From assembly GCF_006345805.1 (NCBI RefSeq), contig NC_043007.1, forward strand, positions 76,322,001-76,386,000: 64,000 bases of DNA. The letters are read 5' to 3'. The DNA comes from Octopus sinensis (Eukaryota). Below are positions 25,171-39,095 of the stretch, piece after piece. The notes beneath the pieces are model-generated. The model was not told where the DNA came from. It ran no database searches and saw nothing but the letters and a program-made list of their open reading frames with translations. Position 1 is the stretch's first letter. Each line of letters begins with the position of its first letter. The position numbers and the translations under genes were made by a program.

Positions 25171-26152
25171 CTTAGTTTTGGAATGCATGATTGCATGCAC
25201 ACACTAAACACATACAAACGTATATTCACATGCACACACATATTTATATACATTCGTACATAGTTATATTCATACTTATATACAAATATATATATAATGT
25301 ATATACATACATATACATATACATGGATATATATATATACACATATATACACACATATATACATACATATATGTATACACACACACATATATATATACAT
25401 ACACACACATACATACATACATACATACATACATACATACATACATACATACATACATACATACATACATACATACATACATACATAACGTATATTCATG
25501 TAAATTAATGGTCGAGATTTTACAGTTATTTTCGAAAATCCATAATATCCGAAGAAGTAATATAATTATTATCAAGGAGAATGAAGTGAGCAAACTGATT
25601 TATAACATAGATTTACTATTCTTTTAATTGCATTTGAACTCAGTGGTATTGCAATGGTATTGTATGAATATAATATAAGCAAATATAGCCAATGGTATCG
25701 TCACATTCATACAATTGAAGGTCAGCTCATCAGAATTCTATATATAATATATTTGATTCGGGAAACTTGTTTTTCACAAACTAATATCTATAAGCAATAT
25801 GTGTGTGTATACGGAAGTTAAAGGATAATAATAAATTATATAACTTTTAAAGGCAAATACTTATTCATACTAGATCTTATAAAATTGCTGATAATAGATG
25901 CAATATGTGTGGGGAGGAAATATATCAAATTTTAACATCATAACAAAAACTTCTTAACGACAGACAAGAACGTGTTTTATCTTATAGATATTCCTTCAAA
26001 ATATGTGTTTAGAAAATATAATTAAAATGAATTGATTGTTTAGAGGATTATTGAGTATTAAAGTATATGCTATTTTAGATAATTAAATGTGACATTACTA
26101 TATAATCTTATATGTATATATGTGTTTGTGTGTATGTGTATATAAATATATC

Positions 26153-26253
<101 letters not shown>

Positions 26254-26287
26254 GAGTGTATGTATATGTATCTATACTATCATTGTG

Positions 26288-26610
26288 AAGGCGTGTGGCT
26301 TAGTGGTTAGGACATTCGGCTGACGATTGTAAAGTCGTGAGTTCAATTCCCGGCGACGCGTTGTGTCCTTGAGCAAGACACTTTATTTCACGTTGCTCCA
26401 GTCCACTCAGCTGGTAAAAATGAGTTGTACCTGTATTTCAAAGGGCCGGCCTTGTCATACTCTGTGTCACGCTGAATCTCCCTGAGAACTACGTTAAGGG
26501 TACACGTGTCTGTGGGTTGCTCAGTCACTTGCACGTTAATTCCACGAGCAAGCTGTTCCGTTGATCGTATCAGCTGGGACCCTCGTCGTCGTAACCGACG
26601 GAGTGCTCCT
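26288..26610 (+). mobile_element. tRNA-derived SINE (head H2, CORE-like middle, tail T1)
   Basis: A-box TGGCTTAGTGG, B-box GAGTTCAATTCC, then TGTGTCCTTGAGCAAGACACTT. Followed by an (ATT)n tail. Confidence 0.88.
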
Positions 26611-26672
26611 ACTACTATCATTATTATTTATTATTATCATTATTATTATTATTATTATTATCATTATTATTA

Positions 26673-26767
<95 letters not shown>

Positions 26768-26772
26768 TATTA
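26611..26772. repeat. (ATT)n microsatellite
   Basis: Directly visible. It produces the poly-Ile and poly-Tyr ORFs in the track. Confidence 0.97.
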
Positions 26773-28379
26773 AATTGATTAGAATAATTTTATATTATCA
26801 ATATTTTATTAAGTAATATAATAAACGTTAATTAATCTAAAAGTAAATTATCTCATTATAACGTTTATTTAAATTCCATTATATTATATTATAATTCTAT
26901 ATTAGCTATAATTATTCTAAATAGTTACCAGGTTTTAAATTTGTAAAAATTATTATTGTTATGTTCATAAATTTATTTTTATTTTACTTTTATTCTTCCT
27001 CTAAAAACAAAGTTATTTTAATTTTAGCATTATTTTTTTCAGTATGGAAATGAGCAACTATCAAAAGGACATGTATGAAGTACTTATGGTTATTTTATTT
27101 ATTTATTTATTTATTTATTTTGGATGAATGGTCAATTCAGATTTTAATTCATTTTTACGGTAATAATGTTATTATGATAATGTTTTTAGAAAGTTTCTTT
27201 CTTATATAAACTAGGTATTTTTTTAATTATTAATCTTTGATTTTTTAGTAATGATTATCTATATATATGAAAGAGACATTCTGTGTGTTTGTTCGTTTGT
27301 TTGTCATCCAAAATGAAAGTAAATGGTTCAAGGGAAACTGTTATGCTTCTTATTTCTTCTTATCTTGGAAAACTATTATGCTTTTTCTTATCTTATTTTA
27401 TGTCTTATCTTATTTTATCTTATCTTATATGTGTATGTGTGACTCCCGAGAAACAGTAAAAATGCAATGTAATTTATAATATTATTTACTATTTGACTAG
27501 AGATTATATAGTATTTTAAATATATTATTTTCCTATACACCCATAGATAAATAGCGTATTGTTATTATAACATGTATTTTTAGTAATATGAAAGGGATAT
27601 TTCTTATTTCGCCACGGTTTTTTTTTAAATATTGTTCCGAGTATTTAAAAAAATGCGCTAAGATATATTTAGATTACAATACTTAATAGGATAGAAATAT
27701 ATTTTATGACCGTTATAATAGTTCATCTTCCATATTTTATTTTTCTATTTTTGTTTTGGTTTTTAATTATTGACGCTCACGCTAGAAATCAGAAATATAT
27801 TTAAATTCAGTCTATGCTTGGATCTGTGAATCTTCATATATCAAATATTACTATGAGGAGATTCTTAACAACAAACAATGGATTTTATAATGTTATTTTG
27901 GGTGAGAATCGAAACAATTGCATGTAATGTGCATTTAGTATTTATTATTTATTATATTATATCATATTATTATAAGAATATAATGTAATATGTTAATGGA
28001 TTTTAATTTTTGAATTGACAATTGTATATCTCCACTTCCCATTCATTTATATATATATATAGATTGCTGTTTTATGTTCATTTATAATAAAAACACCTTT
28101 ACATTACTGATAGATTACTCTATACATTTGTAGAGTACAAATGTATAATTCGTAAACAAGAATGTTGCTGACAGAGACTTCGAAGTTTCGGCCGAACATT
28201 GGAGAGAACTTAAGGAATAAAAAGGCTCATCGGTTCTGTACCAGCACGCCGAGCAGGAATACGGGGGCTCACTCAACAACATAGAAGTGCGACAGTGTTT
28301 TATTTTATTTTATTCACTATACATGTTTGGATAATGATGTAGTATTTTACTGTTTGGGTTAAGGATTAAGGTTGTTGAA

Positions 28380-28947
28380 AGGCCAAGCAACCCCATCAAA
28401 TCCCTAATCGGTAGAACCTACCCTTTTAGTAAAACTCCCTGTACGGATAGGAACTGTACTGTGTGTAGATTTAGCCCACAAACTGTAAAGCCAGAAATGT
28501 AGTCTATAGTATAAGATGTACAGAGGGACGATGCAGTAACAAGACAACGAAGTACGTAGGGGAAACGGCATGGAGCATAGGTGACCGGGTAAATGACCAT
28601 TGGAGAGAATTTAAGGAAGAAAAGAGCTCATCGGTTCTGTACCAGCACGCCGAGCAGGAACAAGGGGGCTCACTCAACAACATAGAAGCTAAAATTTTGT
28701 CCACACATAGAACAGACGCAACATTTAGGCAAATTACAGAAGCTACATACATAATAGAAGATTAATCTAGCCTGAATAGGAAACTGGAATGGAACACTAA
28801 CACACCCCAACACACCACAACATATGACAGAATAAGATCCCATAAACTGATAACAATATAAACAAAACTAAAAACATAATAAAATACACAGATAAACAAA
28901 CTGAAGTAAATAACTATATACATTAACAAAAAAAATTAATTAAATAC

Positions 28948-28987
<40 letters not shown>

Positions 28988-29345
28988 TAATAATAATAAT
29001 AATAATAACAATAATAATAATAAGTAGGTGTAAACACATGAACAAAATAAAGAAAAACAAATTACATGAACGTGTATAAACAGGTGATACAAATATTATA
29101 GGCACTTCCCCCCCCACACACACACACTAACTAAACATAGATACACATAGGGGTATACGCATGCGCAAATAAAGACACATACAATAGGAATACAAAATAC
29201 AAAATGGCACACCGTTAGTAAGGAGAGGCGCACAAAATAAGAAAGAAGAAAGTAAAGGACCACTGATGAGGTCACAGAAGTGTGACGAAAGAACTCTGGC
29301 CGAAATAAGATTAAGATTAATGTGAAAATAAATAAAGCTGAAGTA
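28380..29345 (+). mobile_element. 3' part of a Penelope-like element: GIY-YIG endonuclease remnant, 3' UTR and HHR-bearing terminal repeat
   Basis: Not in the ORF track. Translation from 28499 gives VVYSIRC...KYVGETAWSIGDRVNDH...SSVLYQHAEQE...RQITEATYI...LNRKLEW, preceded by PCTDRNCTVC. A copy of about 90 bp of it lies at 28197-28290. Confidence 0.8.
29257..29301 (+). ncRNA. Type I minimal hammerhead ribozyme, family F2, canonical core
   Basis: GGACCA-CTGATGA-G-GTCACA-GAAG-TGTGAC-GAAA-GAAC-TC^TGGCC. Helix II is 6 bp, helix III is A-U/G-C with a 2-nt loop, and helix I is CCA/UGG plus further pairs. Predicted cut after 29296. Confidence 0.75.
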
Positions 29346-29379
29346 AATTAACGCCTAGAGTAAATTAGCACCAGAGGAA

Positions 29380-29790
29380 GAAATAATGCAAGTTACCAAA
29401 TGTGGAGACCCCCGATGTGGGACATGTGATTTAATAGAACAGAGACGAGCCAAAAAATTCAACAATGGAAAAGAATTAAAGGTGAATGCAAATATGACCT
29501 GTAAAAGCAAAAACCTGATATATTGTATCACATGCCCACGATGCAACAAACATTATATTGGGGAAACAAAAACGAAACTAACCGACCGGATAAATGTGCG
29601 CAGACATCAAATAAAACATCCCGCACTTAGATGGATACCATGTAACGATCATTTGGACACCTGTGCACAAGGAAAATTTACAACTTTCCCACCCTCCTCA
29701 TAAAATAAATGAAGAGAACTACCTTCTCCGGAAGGCAAAAGAAGAATATTTTATAAGATTTCTGAGTCCGAAACTAAATCGGAAACAGTC
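29380..29790 (+). pseudogene. GIY-YIG endonuclease C-terminal fragment of a second PLE lineage
   Basis: KCGDPRCGTC, NLIYCITCPRCNKHYIGETK and RINVRRHQI, then after a frameshift LRKAKEEYFIRFLSPKLN. Confidence 0.88.
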
Positions 29791-30081
29791 AACAACAATT
29801 TTACTGAAAACAACTTTCCTTATAACACGTGCTTGAAAACGTTCAGAACTGAAAGAGCGCTTGCATATCTATAAAAGCAAAAGCCACATACATTTTGTGA
29901 AATCTCTTCCCAAAGGTTAGTGCCTTTCGACTTTCTACAAAGGGTCTTTACTCAATCTTAACTCTTTGAGAAAAAATCTTCTCTCCAAATATTATAACTG
30001 CATCAAAGAATTTCCAAAACACTCCAAATATATATAAATATATATATATATTTATATATATATATATATATATATATGCAA

Positions 30082-30406
30082 GAGGAGCACTCTGTCGGTT
30101 ACGACGACGAGGGTCCCAGCTGATACGATCAACGGAAAAGCTTGCTCGTGAAATTAGCGTGCAAGTGACTGAGCAATCCACAGACACGTGTACCCCTAAC
30201 GTAGTTCTCAAGGAGATTCAGCGTGACACAGAGTGTGACAAGGCTGGCTCTTTGCAATACAGGTACTACTCATTTTTGCCAACTGGACTGGAGCAACGTG
30301 AAAAGTAAAGTGTCTTGCTCAAGGACACAACGCGTCGCCGGGAGTTGAACACGCGACATTACGATCGTGAACCGAATGTCCTAACCACTAAGTAACTTGC
30401 CTTCAC
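30082..30406 (-). mobile_element. tRNA-derived SINE (H2 + T1), same family as 26288
   Basis: Reverse complement aligns end to end with 26288-26610. Confidence 0.88.
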
Positions 30407-30438
30407 ATACACACACACACATATTATATATATATATA

Positions 30439-30545
30439 TGGCCTGCTCGCTTAGCCAGCGGGGTGGCGTCATTCGAAGGCTAAAACAATGCGATCGCATT
30501 GTGACCAGCGATGTGTAACTACATCTGATGGACTGGTCGGTCACG
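30439..30545 (+). mobile_element. Isolated SINE/LINE tail fragment (T2)
   Basis: ggctaaaacaatgcg..cgcattgtgaccagcgatgtgta...catctgat...ggtcggtcacg is the reverse complement of 58836-58920. Confidence 0.65.
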
Positions 30546-30569
30546 AAGAGAAGAGAAATATATATAAAT

Positions 30570-31380
30570 AAATAAAATTAAAATAAGCAACAAGGATATC
30601 TAGAGGTAATGCAGTACGATTATGGAAGATGTGGAAGAACTTCCCATCCTAACGATCTTACTGTTGTTTTTGTTTGTTTTGAAGTGTGTTACCGTGCAAT
30701 GTCATGCTAGAAAATACTACCTTTCTGTTTGCCAAAACTGGCCACTTTCTACGTAATTTTTCATTTACACAATATAGTTGTTGGCAACAGACATCTGCAT
30801 TGATGGTCCTTCTATGTTCCTGCAGCGCGTATTGGACGATATTTTTCATGTTTCACTAAACACAAATCAAGGATCTTTGTGGACGGAGTTCAGGTCTTGG
30901 TCTTGGCTCCGGCTTCTATGTTGTGATGCAAAACCCATTTTTCATCACCTGTAACAATACACTGCAGAAAGGACAGGTTGTTATTCCTGGTTAGAAGACT
31001 GATGCAGATAGTCGGACGTTGTGTTCGGTTCTCAAACGAAATTAACGTGGAACCCAGATTCCTTCTTTGCATGTTTTCCCAATTTGCTTGATATGTTCGT
31101 GGTGCTTTGACGTGGATCCAATACAATAGTCTAATTCAAAAGGTCGTCATTCAGAGTTGGTCGTCTTACAGACCGACACTTGTTGGATAAGTCACAATCG
31201 CTATCTTGAAACCTTTTAAACCACAGCTGAGATGTGGGAGCCTTCACTGCTTCTGGATACAGTTCACAAATCGAAGCAATCTTCGATAGCGGAACTTTTC
31301 TTTCGAAACTCATACAGTAAGTAATGGCGAATATGTTGTCTCATAAATTTTTCCTTTGTGGGCTTAATTATAGAAATAGA
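30570..31380 (-). pseudogene. mariner-family transposase remnant
   Basis: QLWFKRFQDSDCDLSNKCRSVRRP (HTH), FLQCIVTGDEKWVLHHN (first Asp), TINADVCCQQL and HDIAR*H (HDNARPH). Confidence 0.85.
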
Positions 31381-31504
31381 TATGAATGACACACTTCCGG
31401 ATAGAAGAGATGATACACTATTCTAGACAGGTCCCACCCATTCGACCATGGCTCTGATTCATATTTCATAGAGGTCTAAAAACGCAATTACTTTCCGAAT
31501 ATGC

Positions 31505-31576
<72 letters not shown>

Positions 31577-31596
31577 ATGTGTGTGTGTGTGTGTGT

Positions 31597-31630
<34 letters not shown>

Positions 31631-31679
31631 TGCGTGTGTGTGTCTACGTGTGTGTGTGCACGCGCGCGATATGTGTATT

Positions 31680-31900
31680 TTTCTTTGTATCTGCTTTTGT
31701 CCCCAGCACCGCTTGACAACTAGTGTTGGTGTGTTTATGTCCACATAACTTAGTGGTCCATCAAAACGGACTGATGGAATAAATACCAAACTAAAAGGCA
31801 GAAAATAAATAGTGGGGGCGATTTATTTGACTAAAAGTTCTTCAAGGCGTTGCTCCAGCACTGCCACAGACTAATGACTGAAACAAGTTAAAATATAAAA
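31680..31900 (+). mobile_element. 3' half of an H3 SINE following a (TA)n(TG)n tract
   Basis: tgtccccagcaccgcttgacaac...gtgtttatgtcc.cataacttag...aaggcgttgctccagcactgccacag...ctgaaacaag. Confidence 0.7.
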
Positions 31901-32234
31901 GGCATATATATATGCGTGCGCGCGCGCGTGTGTATGTGTACGTGTTGTTCTACCTCCGTGCGCCAATTTCACATTGAACGTCTTGGGCAGCCAAAGTGAA
32001 TTAATAAACAACTTACCGAATATTTATGATGCTTAACAGGGTCCTTAACAAGCTTCTTATGAGATTTCTTAACATACTTAATATGTTTGAGATCCTGTTG
32101 AGAAACAAAAAACATGTTTTCAGATGAATCGTAACTGATGCTATTGCCTAAAAAGTGCAAAAGAATAAGAAATAAATTACGTAGTTACACTTTCGCAAAC
32201 AAAAATGGATCAAAACTGGTAGCACGCTGTCTGA

Positions 32235-32629
32235 CTATCAGTATCGCCCGGCGTTGCTCGGGTTTGTTTCGACCTTTTAGAATTGGAATTTTTGAAAAGT
32301 AAAAAGTTTGCATTATGTAGCTTGTTATTCTCTTTAAGTGAACATTTTTCTGGTTGTAATACACCGAAAAATGACGACACAGCAGTCAAAAAATCGTAAA
32401 AAAATAGGGATTTTCATAGAAAAATAAAAGCATCTTTTTGATGTAGATAATTTTTGGTGTTAACATGGTCCGATTTGAATTTTATCTTCTACGGAATGAA
32501 GAGCAAGCCTTCTTCTATCATACTCTCAATTTTGGTCAACTTGCGCTCAGGGTCTCGGAGGAGATAGTGTTAGTTGAAAGCTACCAAACCTGCCATACAC
32601 AGACAACTTCAGTTTTATATAGAGAGAGA
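32235..32629 (-). mobile_element. Non-autonomous Helitron, 395 bp
   Basis: Minus strand begins A^TCTCTCTCTATATAAAACTGAAGTTGTC and ends CCCGAGCAACGCCGGG (hairpin)-CGATACTG-ATAG^T, i.e. inserted between A and T with no TSD. It interrupts the background module. Confidence 0.8.
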
Positions 32630-32923
32630 TTAGAAGGTGGGAATGTTCTCTCAGGATTAAACACGGCATTGTTAACTTCAGTACTGTTATTTTACTTGAG
32701 AAATACTCTTTTGCCTTATCATGTACCCCCCTTACAGCAGAACAAACTTGAAGGAACCTCCAGTTCCCTCATTAAAATAAGCGGAATAGTACTGTGACAA
32801 GCAGTGCATAACAACTTCCAACACTTTCTTTGATAGTGTTATACACGAGCATACATACACGTAGACATACATACGTAAAAATGCATGTGGGGTGTGAGCG
32901 TACCGTATTGTTTATACCCTGTA

Positions 32924-32970
<47 letters not shown>

Positions 32971-34352
32971 TCATAAGTAATTCTTGTTATAACAATCAAT
33001 GCAAACAGTAAGGGAACCAGTTTCTACAGAGTGTTATGTTTTCATGAAATGATTACTAAAAGCTCCTTAATGTGAGAGACAGTATAAAAGAAGCATAAAA
33101 AATATAAGGTTATTTCTATATGATTTGTTATCACACAAAATTATGTTTCATTGAAAGAATGATATACGAAATTAAGGAAGTGAAACTGAAGAACGACCAA
33201 CCTTTAAAATGTCAGATTTAGGATGATTTGTTGGCTTCTTAACATCCCCCATATTCTTTAAATCCTGGTGAGAAAGAAATCGGTTTTTGTTTTCAGGTGG
33301 ATCATAACTGAGGTTATCGACAATCGGAACAGTGTGTACAATCGCTAAAGAATATGAATTAAATTATAGTTAATCTTTGACAAATAGTCGATTAACACTG
33401 GTAGTATGCTGCTACGGATGTGGCATTGGATAAAGGTCGAGAATATTCTCTAAGTAAACATGACTTAACTCACTTCAGTATTTTAATTTATTGGGGAAAG
33501 TGAACTCACAAAATAACAGAATTTCCTGGGATCTGTTGCCGCTCATTTTCTGACGAAATTATACATAGATTAAACAAAATTATTATCGTTAAACTTCTCT
33601 CTAGTTTTTGGCAGATTATAAATTTTGAACAAATGAATGAGCACAAGATTTGATTCTAGAGTTCGCAGTTTTTCACTTTCGTCCTTCTAACTGACCCAGG
33701 ACTATATAGACATATAGCAACACTTTTTAGGCGGCAATGAAAATATGATAAACACTACAAACCATATAAGTTAACAATCTTCTAATAACCTCAAATGATG
33801 GGAAAGGAGAAAATAAATAAATAATCTTAGAAAATTACTATTTTTAAATCTCACAACGTGAGAAATATATAATCTTTAGTAATTCTTGTTAATAAATATT
33901 CATTAGTAATTCTTAAAACAACAAAACAAACGGATGTGAGCGAAGGAGCCAATTACTTGGAGGAGTTTCCTTAGCTCTACTAGACTACATTTGATCTAAA
34001 GTATCATTTCCATCCAATGAAATGATTACTAACGGCTTCTTAATATGAGGGAATATCAAAGGAGTTTCAAAACTCGTGTATATTTCTATATAATTTGTAT
34101 TCGCTAAAAATTATGATTCATTAAATCAATGATATACGAAGTTAAAGGAGTGAAATTAAAAGAAAATTACATTCAAAACATCATCAGATTTATAATGTTC
34201 TGTTAGCTTCTTCACATTCTCCATAGTCTTTGGATCCTGTTGAGCAAAAATTTGGCATTTCTTTAATTATATTTACCTCCGATTCAAATACTAAATATAA
34301 ATATATACATACATTCATTCATACATACATACATACATACATACATACATAA

Positions 34353-34411
<59 letters not shown>

Positions 34412-35152
34412 GGGTGCTATATATATATATAGCAACAAAAGTAGGCAATAAATATGAAAATATGATAAACATAACAAACCATGGAAACCAACAATATCAA
34501 TACATACAATACATACACACACACACACACACATACACATATATACATATATAGGGGTGGGGTGCTATATATATATATATATAGCAACATTTTGTAGGCA
34601 ATAAATATTATGAAACTATGATAAACAAAACAAATCTTGGAAATCAAGAATATCAATCTCATAATTTCCTTAAATGATGGCAATAGAGAAGATAAATAAG
34701 CATTAAAACACTCAAAAGAAACAAGTGTGAGAGAACGAACCAGTATATAAGTATATTATTGAGAAGTGTGGCATTCATATATTTGACTCAGAATTTGAAA
34801 GAGCTTCAAACAGAAACGAAGTACAACTTCTGTGTTTGAGCGTTTATAGATTTTGTAAGCTCGCTACAGGCAATTATTAACATTTTACACTAATATAAAT
34901 TACAATTTATTAATGAAATTTCAAATTTCGTCATATGGTAGAAATTTCATCAAGCAAAATGTCTTTTTGGATTGAATGTATTGTGGGACCTAACTAAATC
35001 TTAATTCCGCAACGAAATATATCCGCTAAAAATTCTGTCATACACAAATACAGTCGTTAGCTAGTAAGGTCTCCATCATATGGCCTTCAGCTTCTTAATA
35101 TGAAAGAGAATATCAGAAGAGTATCAAAAATTTCGAGTATATTTCTATATCA

Positions 35153-36420
35153 TCCTGAATCCTAATTTGGATTTCGGGCTGTTAACATGATTTTTGCCTT
35201 CCGACAAATTCAAGAGAAAGTCCGTGAACATATTACTGACTTGCACATGGTTATTCTCGACTTTACCAAGGCCTTTGATACAGGGAATCGTAAAGCGCTA
35301 TGGAAAATTATTGTCAAAAACTGGACTTCCTCATTAAATGATATGGGCAATAATATCCAAATAAGGAATGATGATAACAGTGATATGTAGTAGTCAATGT
35401 TCGAAAGCATTTTCTGTTGCCACTGGAACAAAACAGGGATGTGTTTTAGAGCCTGTACTTTTTCCATGTTCTTTTCAACGATGCTCCGGCATGGAGGTAT
35501 AAAATTATAGTATCGCACTGAAGTAGGTCTATTAAACCTGAAAGGGCAAAGTTCCAGATTAAAGAAAAAGACCAAGAAAGATATCTTGCATGGATTTCTG
35601 TTTTCTGCCGACTGTGCTTGATTTCTCACACATTTGAAGGAATTCAGGAAATGGTCGACAAGTTTACTGCAGAAGCTCGTGCATTTGGAATAACTATCAG
35701 CATCAAGAAGACTGAAATTTCATTCCATCCAAGGTCTGGAACAGGACATACTCAAGACTTAAGATGATATGATAAACAAGGCACTCAAATTGGCCAGGTG
35801 ATTTAAATATCTTGGATATACTGTAAACTTTAAGAGTACTCTTGAGGACGAAATCAATGTTGGTATAGCTAAGGCTACAAGTGCTTTTGGGAGACTTAAC
35901 CATTGTTTGTGGGATGAACACGATATCAGTCTCAAAACGAAAATATGTGCATACAAATCTTGTATTTTCATCACACTTTTGTATGGGACAGAAGCGTGGA
36001 CTGCCTACTACAGACATATAAAGAAACTTGAAATCATCCACTTGTTGTTAGCGCAGCATGTGCAACTTATAAAGGCAAGATAGAATATCCCATGTCAAAA
36101 ATTTTAGAAGAATGGGACATCTCCAGTATTCACATCATGCTCATGAGAATTCAGTGCAGATGGGTAAGACATAATGTTCGAATGAAAAATGACCGCATTC
36201 TGAAACTTCTCCGGCATGGTCAATAAGTGGGGGGGATATCGCAGCAAAGGAAGACCACTCCTTAGTTATAAGGATAAGTTGATGCAATCACTAAAATCTC
36301 TACAGCTTAACATCTTGGGCAAGTCATTGATCGATCTGCATAGCATACAATGTGTCACAATGCATCCAAACAATTTGAGTTGAAGAAAAAAAGCAAAAGA
36401 TGAGCTATATCCCGCAATCA
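35153..36420 (+). pseudogene. RTE-clade LINE reverse transcriptase remnant
   Basis: FAFRQIQEK, VILDFTKAFDT, LFSADCA, FKYLG, KATSAFGRL, ISLKTKICAY and TLLYGTEAW, with many stops and frameshifts. Confidence 0.82.
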
Positions 36421-36710
36421 ACAGACACACTTACGTAATCCGAAACAAAAACAAAGTTATTAATATTCCCATTGCGACTTCATACTCAAATTCATATCTT
36501 GACTGATCTTACAATTACGCATCCATCGCAAATACATGCAGTTTCTTAGTCTTTTCTTTCTTTCCTTCTTTCTTTCTTTCCTTCTTCCTTTCTGTCTTTC
36601 TTTCTTTCTACTACTCTCTTTAACTTTAAGTTCTCTCCTTTAAGCACTCATTCGTCGAAACATACGGATGCGACCATCAATTCATAATCTCTCAAAATTA
36701 TGATACCTTA

Positions 36711-38918
36711 AAAGAATAATATACGAAATTGAAGAAGAGAAATGAAAAAACGACCAACCTCCAAGACGTCAGATTTAAGACGTTCTGTTAGCGTCTTAAC
36801 ATCCTCAATAATCTTTGAATCCTGATGAGAAAGAAAATACCTTTTTGTTTCCAGGTGGATCATAACTGAGGTTATAGATACAAGTGTGTGTGTGTATGTG
36901 TGTGTGTGTGTAGCAAAATTTTGTAGGTATTAAATATTATGGAAATATATATATATATATATTAATGAGAAGTGTAGCATTCATATATTTGACCCATAAT
37001 TTAGAAGAACTTCAAACAGAAACAAAGTACAACTTCTGTATTTGGCGTTTATAGATTTTGTTAGCTCGCTACAGGCAATTATCGCAATATAATCTTTATG
37101 AAAATTTTACCATCAATTCACAATCTTTCTAAATTATGATACATTGAAAGAATAATATACGAAATTGAATGAGAGAAATGAAAAAACGACCAACCTTCAA
37201 GACGTCAGACTTAGGACGTTCTGTTACCTTCTTAACATCTTCCATAATATTTTTATTCTGATGAGAAAGAAAATACCTTTTTGTTTTCAGGTAGATCATA
37301 ACTGACGTTATAGATACAAGTGAAACAATACGTACAATCGCTAAAGAATAGGCACTAAATTGCATAGTTTTTCTTTCACAAATAGTCGAGTAACACTGGT
37401 AGCACGCTGTTTCGGATGTGGCATTGAATATTCTCTAAGGAATAAACACGACTTAGCCCACTTCAGTACTCAAATTTACTGGAGATATACTCTTTCGAAA
37501 AACGAATTTACTCGAATATTTTGTGTTGTTAGGGCGCCATCGTTTTCCTAGCGTTAAATTTGTGTGTCATTTAGAAATATTCTTTAATCAGAATTTTATT
37601 TCTATCAAGTAAATACCCCTCTCATCTAATGCAGCAGTTGCGGTAGTTCACCAACAGAGATGAACTTTTGTAATAACGGTTTCAAATTGTGATACAAGAT
37701 CAGCGGTTTTCAGTGGAGGATGTGGATTACATCCACCCAGTACATCACTGGTTCGAATTTATCAACCCCGACAGGATGAATGTGTGACATGAGCGCGGCA
37801 GAATTGGAACTCTAAACATAAAAGCAGACGAAATGTGGCTAAGCTTTTTGTCCTGCGCACAAACGATTCTGTAATCTCGCCACCATCACCTTTAGAATAA
37901 TGGCTTCAAATTTTGACGCAAAGAATAATATACGAAATTGAAGGAGAGAAATGAAAAAGCGACCAACCTCCAAGACGTCAGATTTAAGACGTTCTGTTAG
38001 CGTCTTAACATCCTCCATAATCTTTGAATCCTGATGAGAAAGAAAATACCTTTTTGTTTCAAGGTGGATCATAACTGAGGTTATAGATACAAGTGTGTGT
38101 GTGTGTGTGTATGTGTGTGTGTAGCAAAATTTTGTAGGTATTAAATATTATGGAAATATATATAGTGTAGCATTCATATATTTGACCCATAATTTAGAAG
38201 AACTTCAAACAGAAACGAAGTACAACTTCTGTATTTGGCGTTTATAGATTTTGTTAGCTCGCTACAGGCAATTATCGCAATATAATCTTTATGAAGATTT
38301 TACCATCAATTCACAATCTTTCTAAATTATGATACATTGAAAGAATAATATACGAAATTGAAACAGAGAAATGAAAAAACGACCAACCTTCAAGACGGCA
38401 GACTTAGGAAGTTCAGTTACCTTCTCCATAATATGTTTAATCTGATGAGAAAGAAAATACCTTTTTGTTTTCAGGTGGATCATAACTGGCGTTATAGATA
38501 CAAGTGAAACAATACGTACAATCGCTAAAGAATAGGCACTAAATTGCATAGTTATTCTTTCACAAATAGTCGAGTAACACTGGTAGCACGCTGCTGCGGA
38601 TGTGGCATTGAATATTCTCTAAGAAATAAACACAACTTAGCCCACTTCAGTACTCAAATTTACTGGAGATATACTCTTTCGAAAAACGAATTTGCTCGCA
38701 TATTTTTTGTTGTTAGGGCGCCATTCGTTTTCCTAGCGTTAAATTTGTGTGTCATTTAGAAATATTCGACAGGATGAATGTGTGACATGAGCGCGGCAGA
38801 ATTGGAACTCTAAACGTAAAAGCAGACGAAATGGGGCTAAGCTTTTTGTCCGGCGCACAAACGATTCTGAAATCTCGCCACCATCACCATTAGAATAATG
38901 GCTTCAAATTTTGACGCA
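36711..38918 (+). repeat. Recent local tandem duplication (period 1209 bp), each unit with an internal sub-repeat of about 430 bp
   Basis: 36711-37920 aligns with 37920-38918. The second unit lacks about 190 bp (junction at 38767/38768). A third partial copy lies at about 49200-50100. Confidence 0.88.
37672..37885 (-). mobile_element. Meta-like SINE, decayed
   Basis: aataacggtttcaaattgtgatacaag...atcaaccccgacaggatgaa...gaattggaactc...gcagacgaaatg...acgattctg. Confidence 0.6.
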
Positions 38919-39095
38919 ATTTCGGGACAGTGATAAAGTCGATTATATCGAGCCAGTGCACAGCTGGTACTTAATTTATCCAGTATCAAAGAATGAAAGG
39001 CAAAGTCATCCTCGGCGAAACATTCTCAAAGCATAAAGACGGACGAAATAGCACTCAATAGCACTCGCAGTGCTAAAAGTTCTGGCAGTTCACTG
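38893..39095 (-). mobile_element. Meta-like SINE, decayed
   Basis: aataatggcttcaaatttt...gtcgattatatcga...ctggtactta...gaatgaaaggcaaagtcatcctcggc...gacggacgaaat. Confidence 0.6.

Noticed and set aside
36822-36845. CTGATGAGAAAGAAAA in the background module (also 37259, 38032, 38443, 49506) as a ribozyme or C-box
   Set aside because: There is no helix II between CTGATGA and GAAA, and older copies read CTGTTGAG or CTGGTGAG, so the motif is not conserved.
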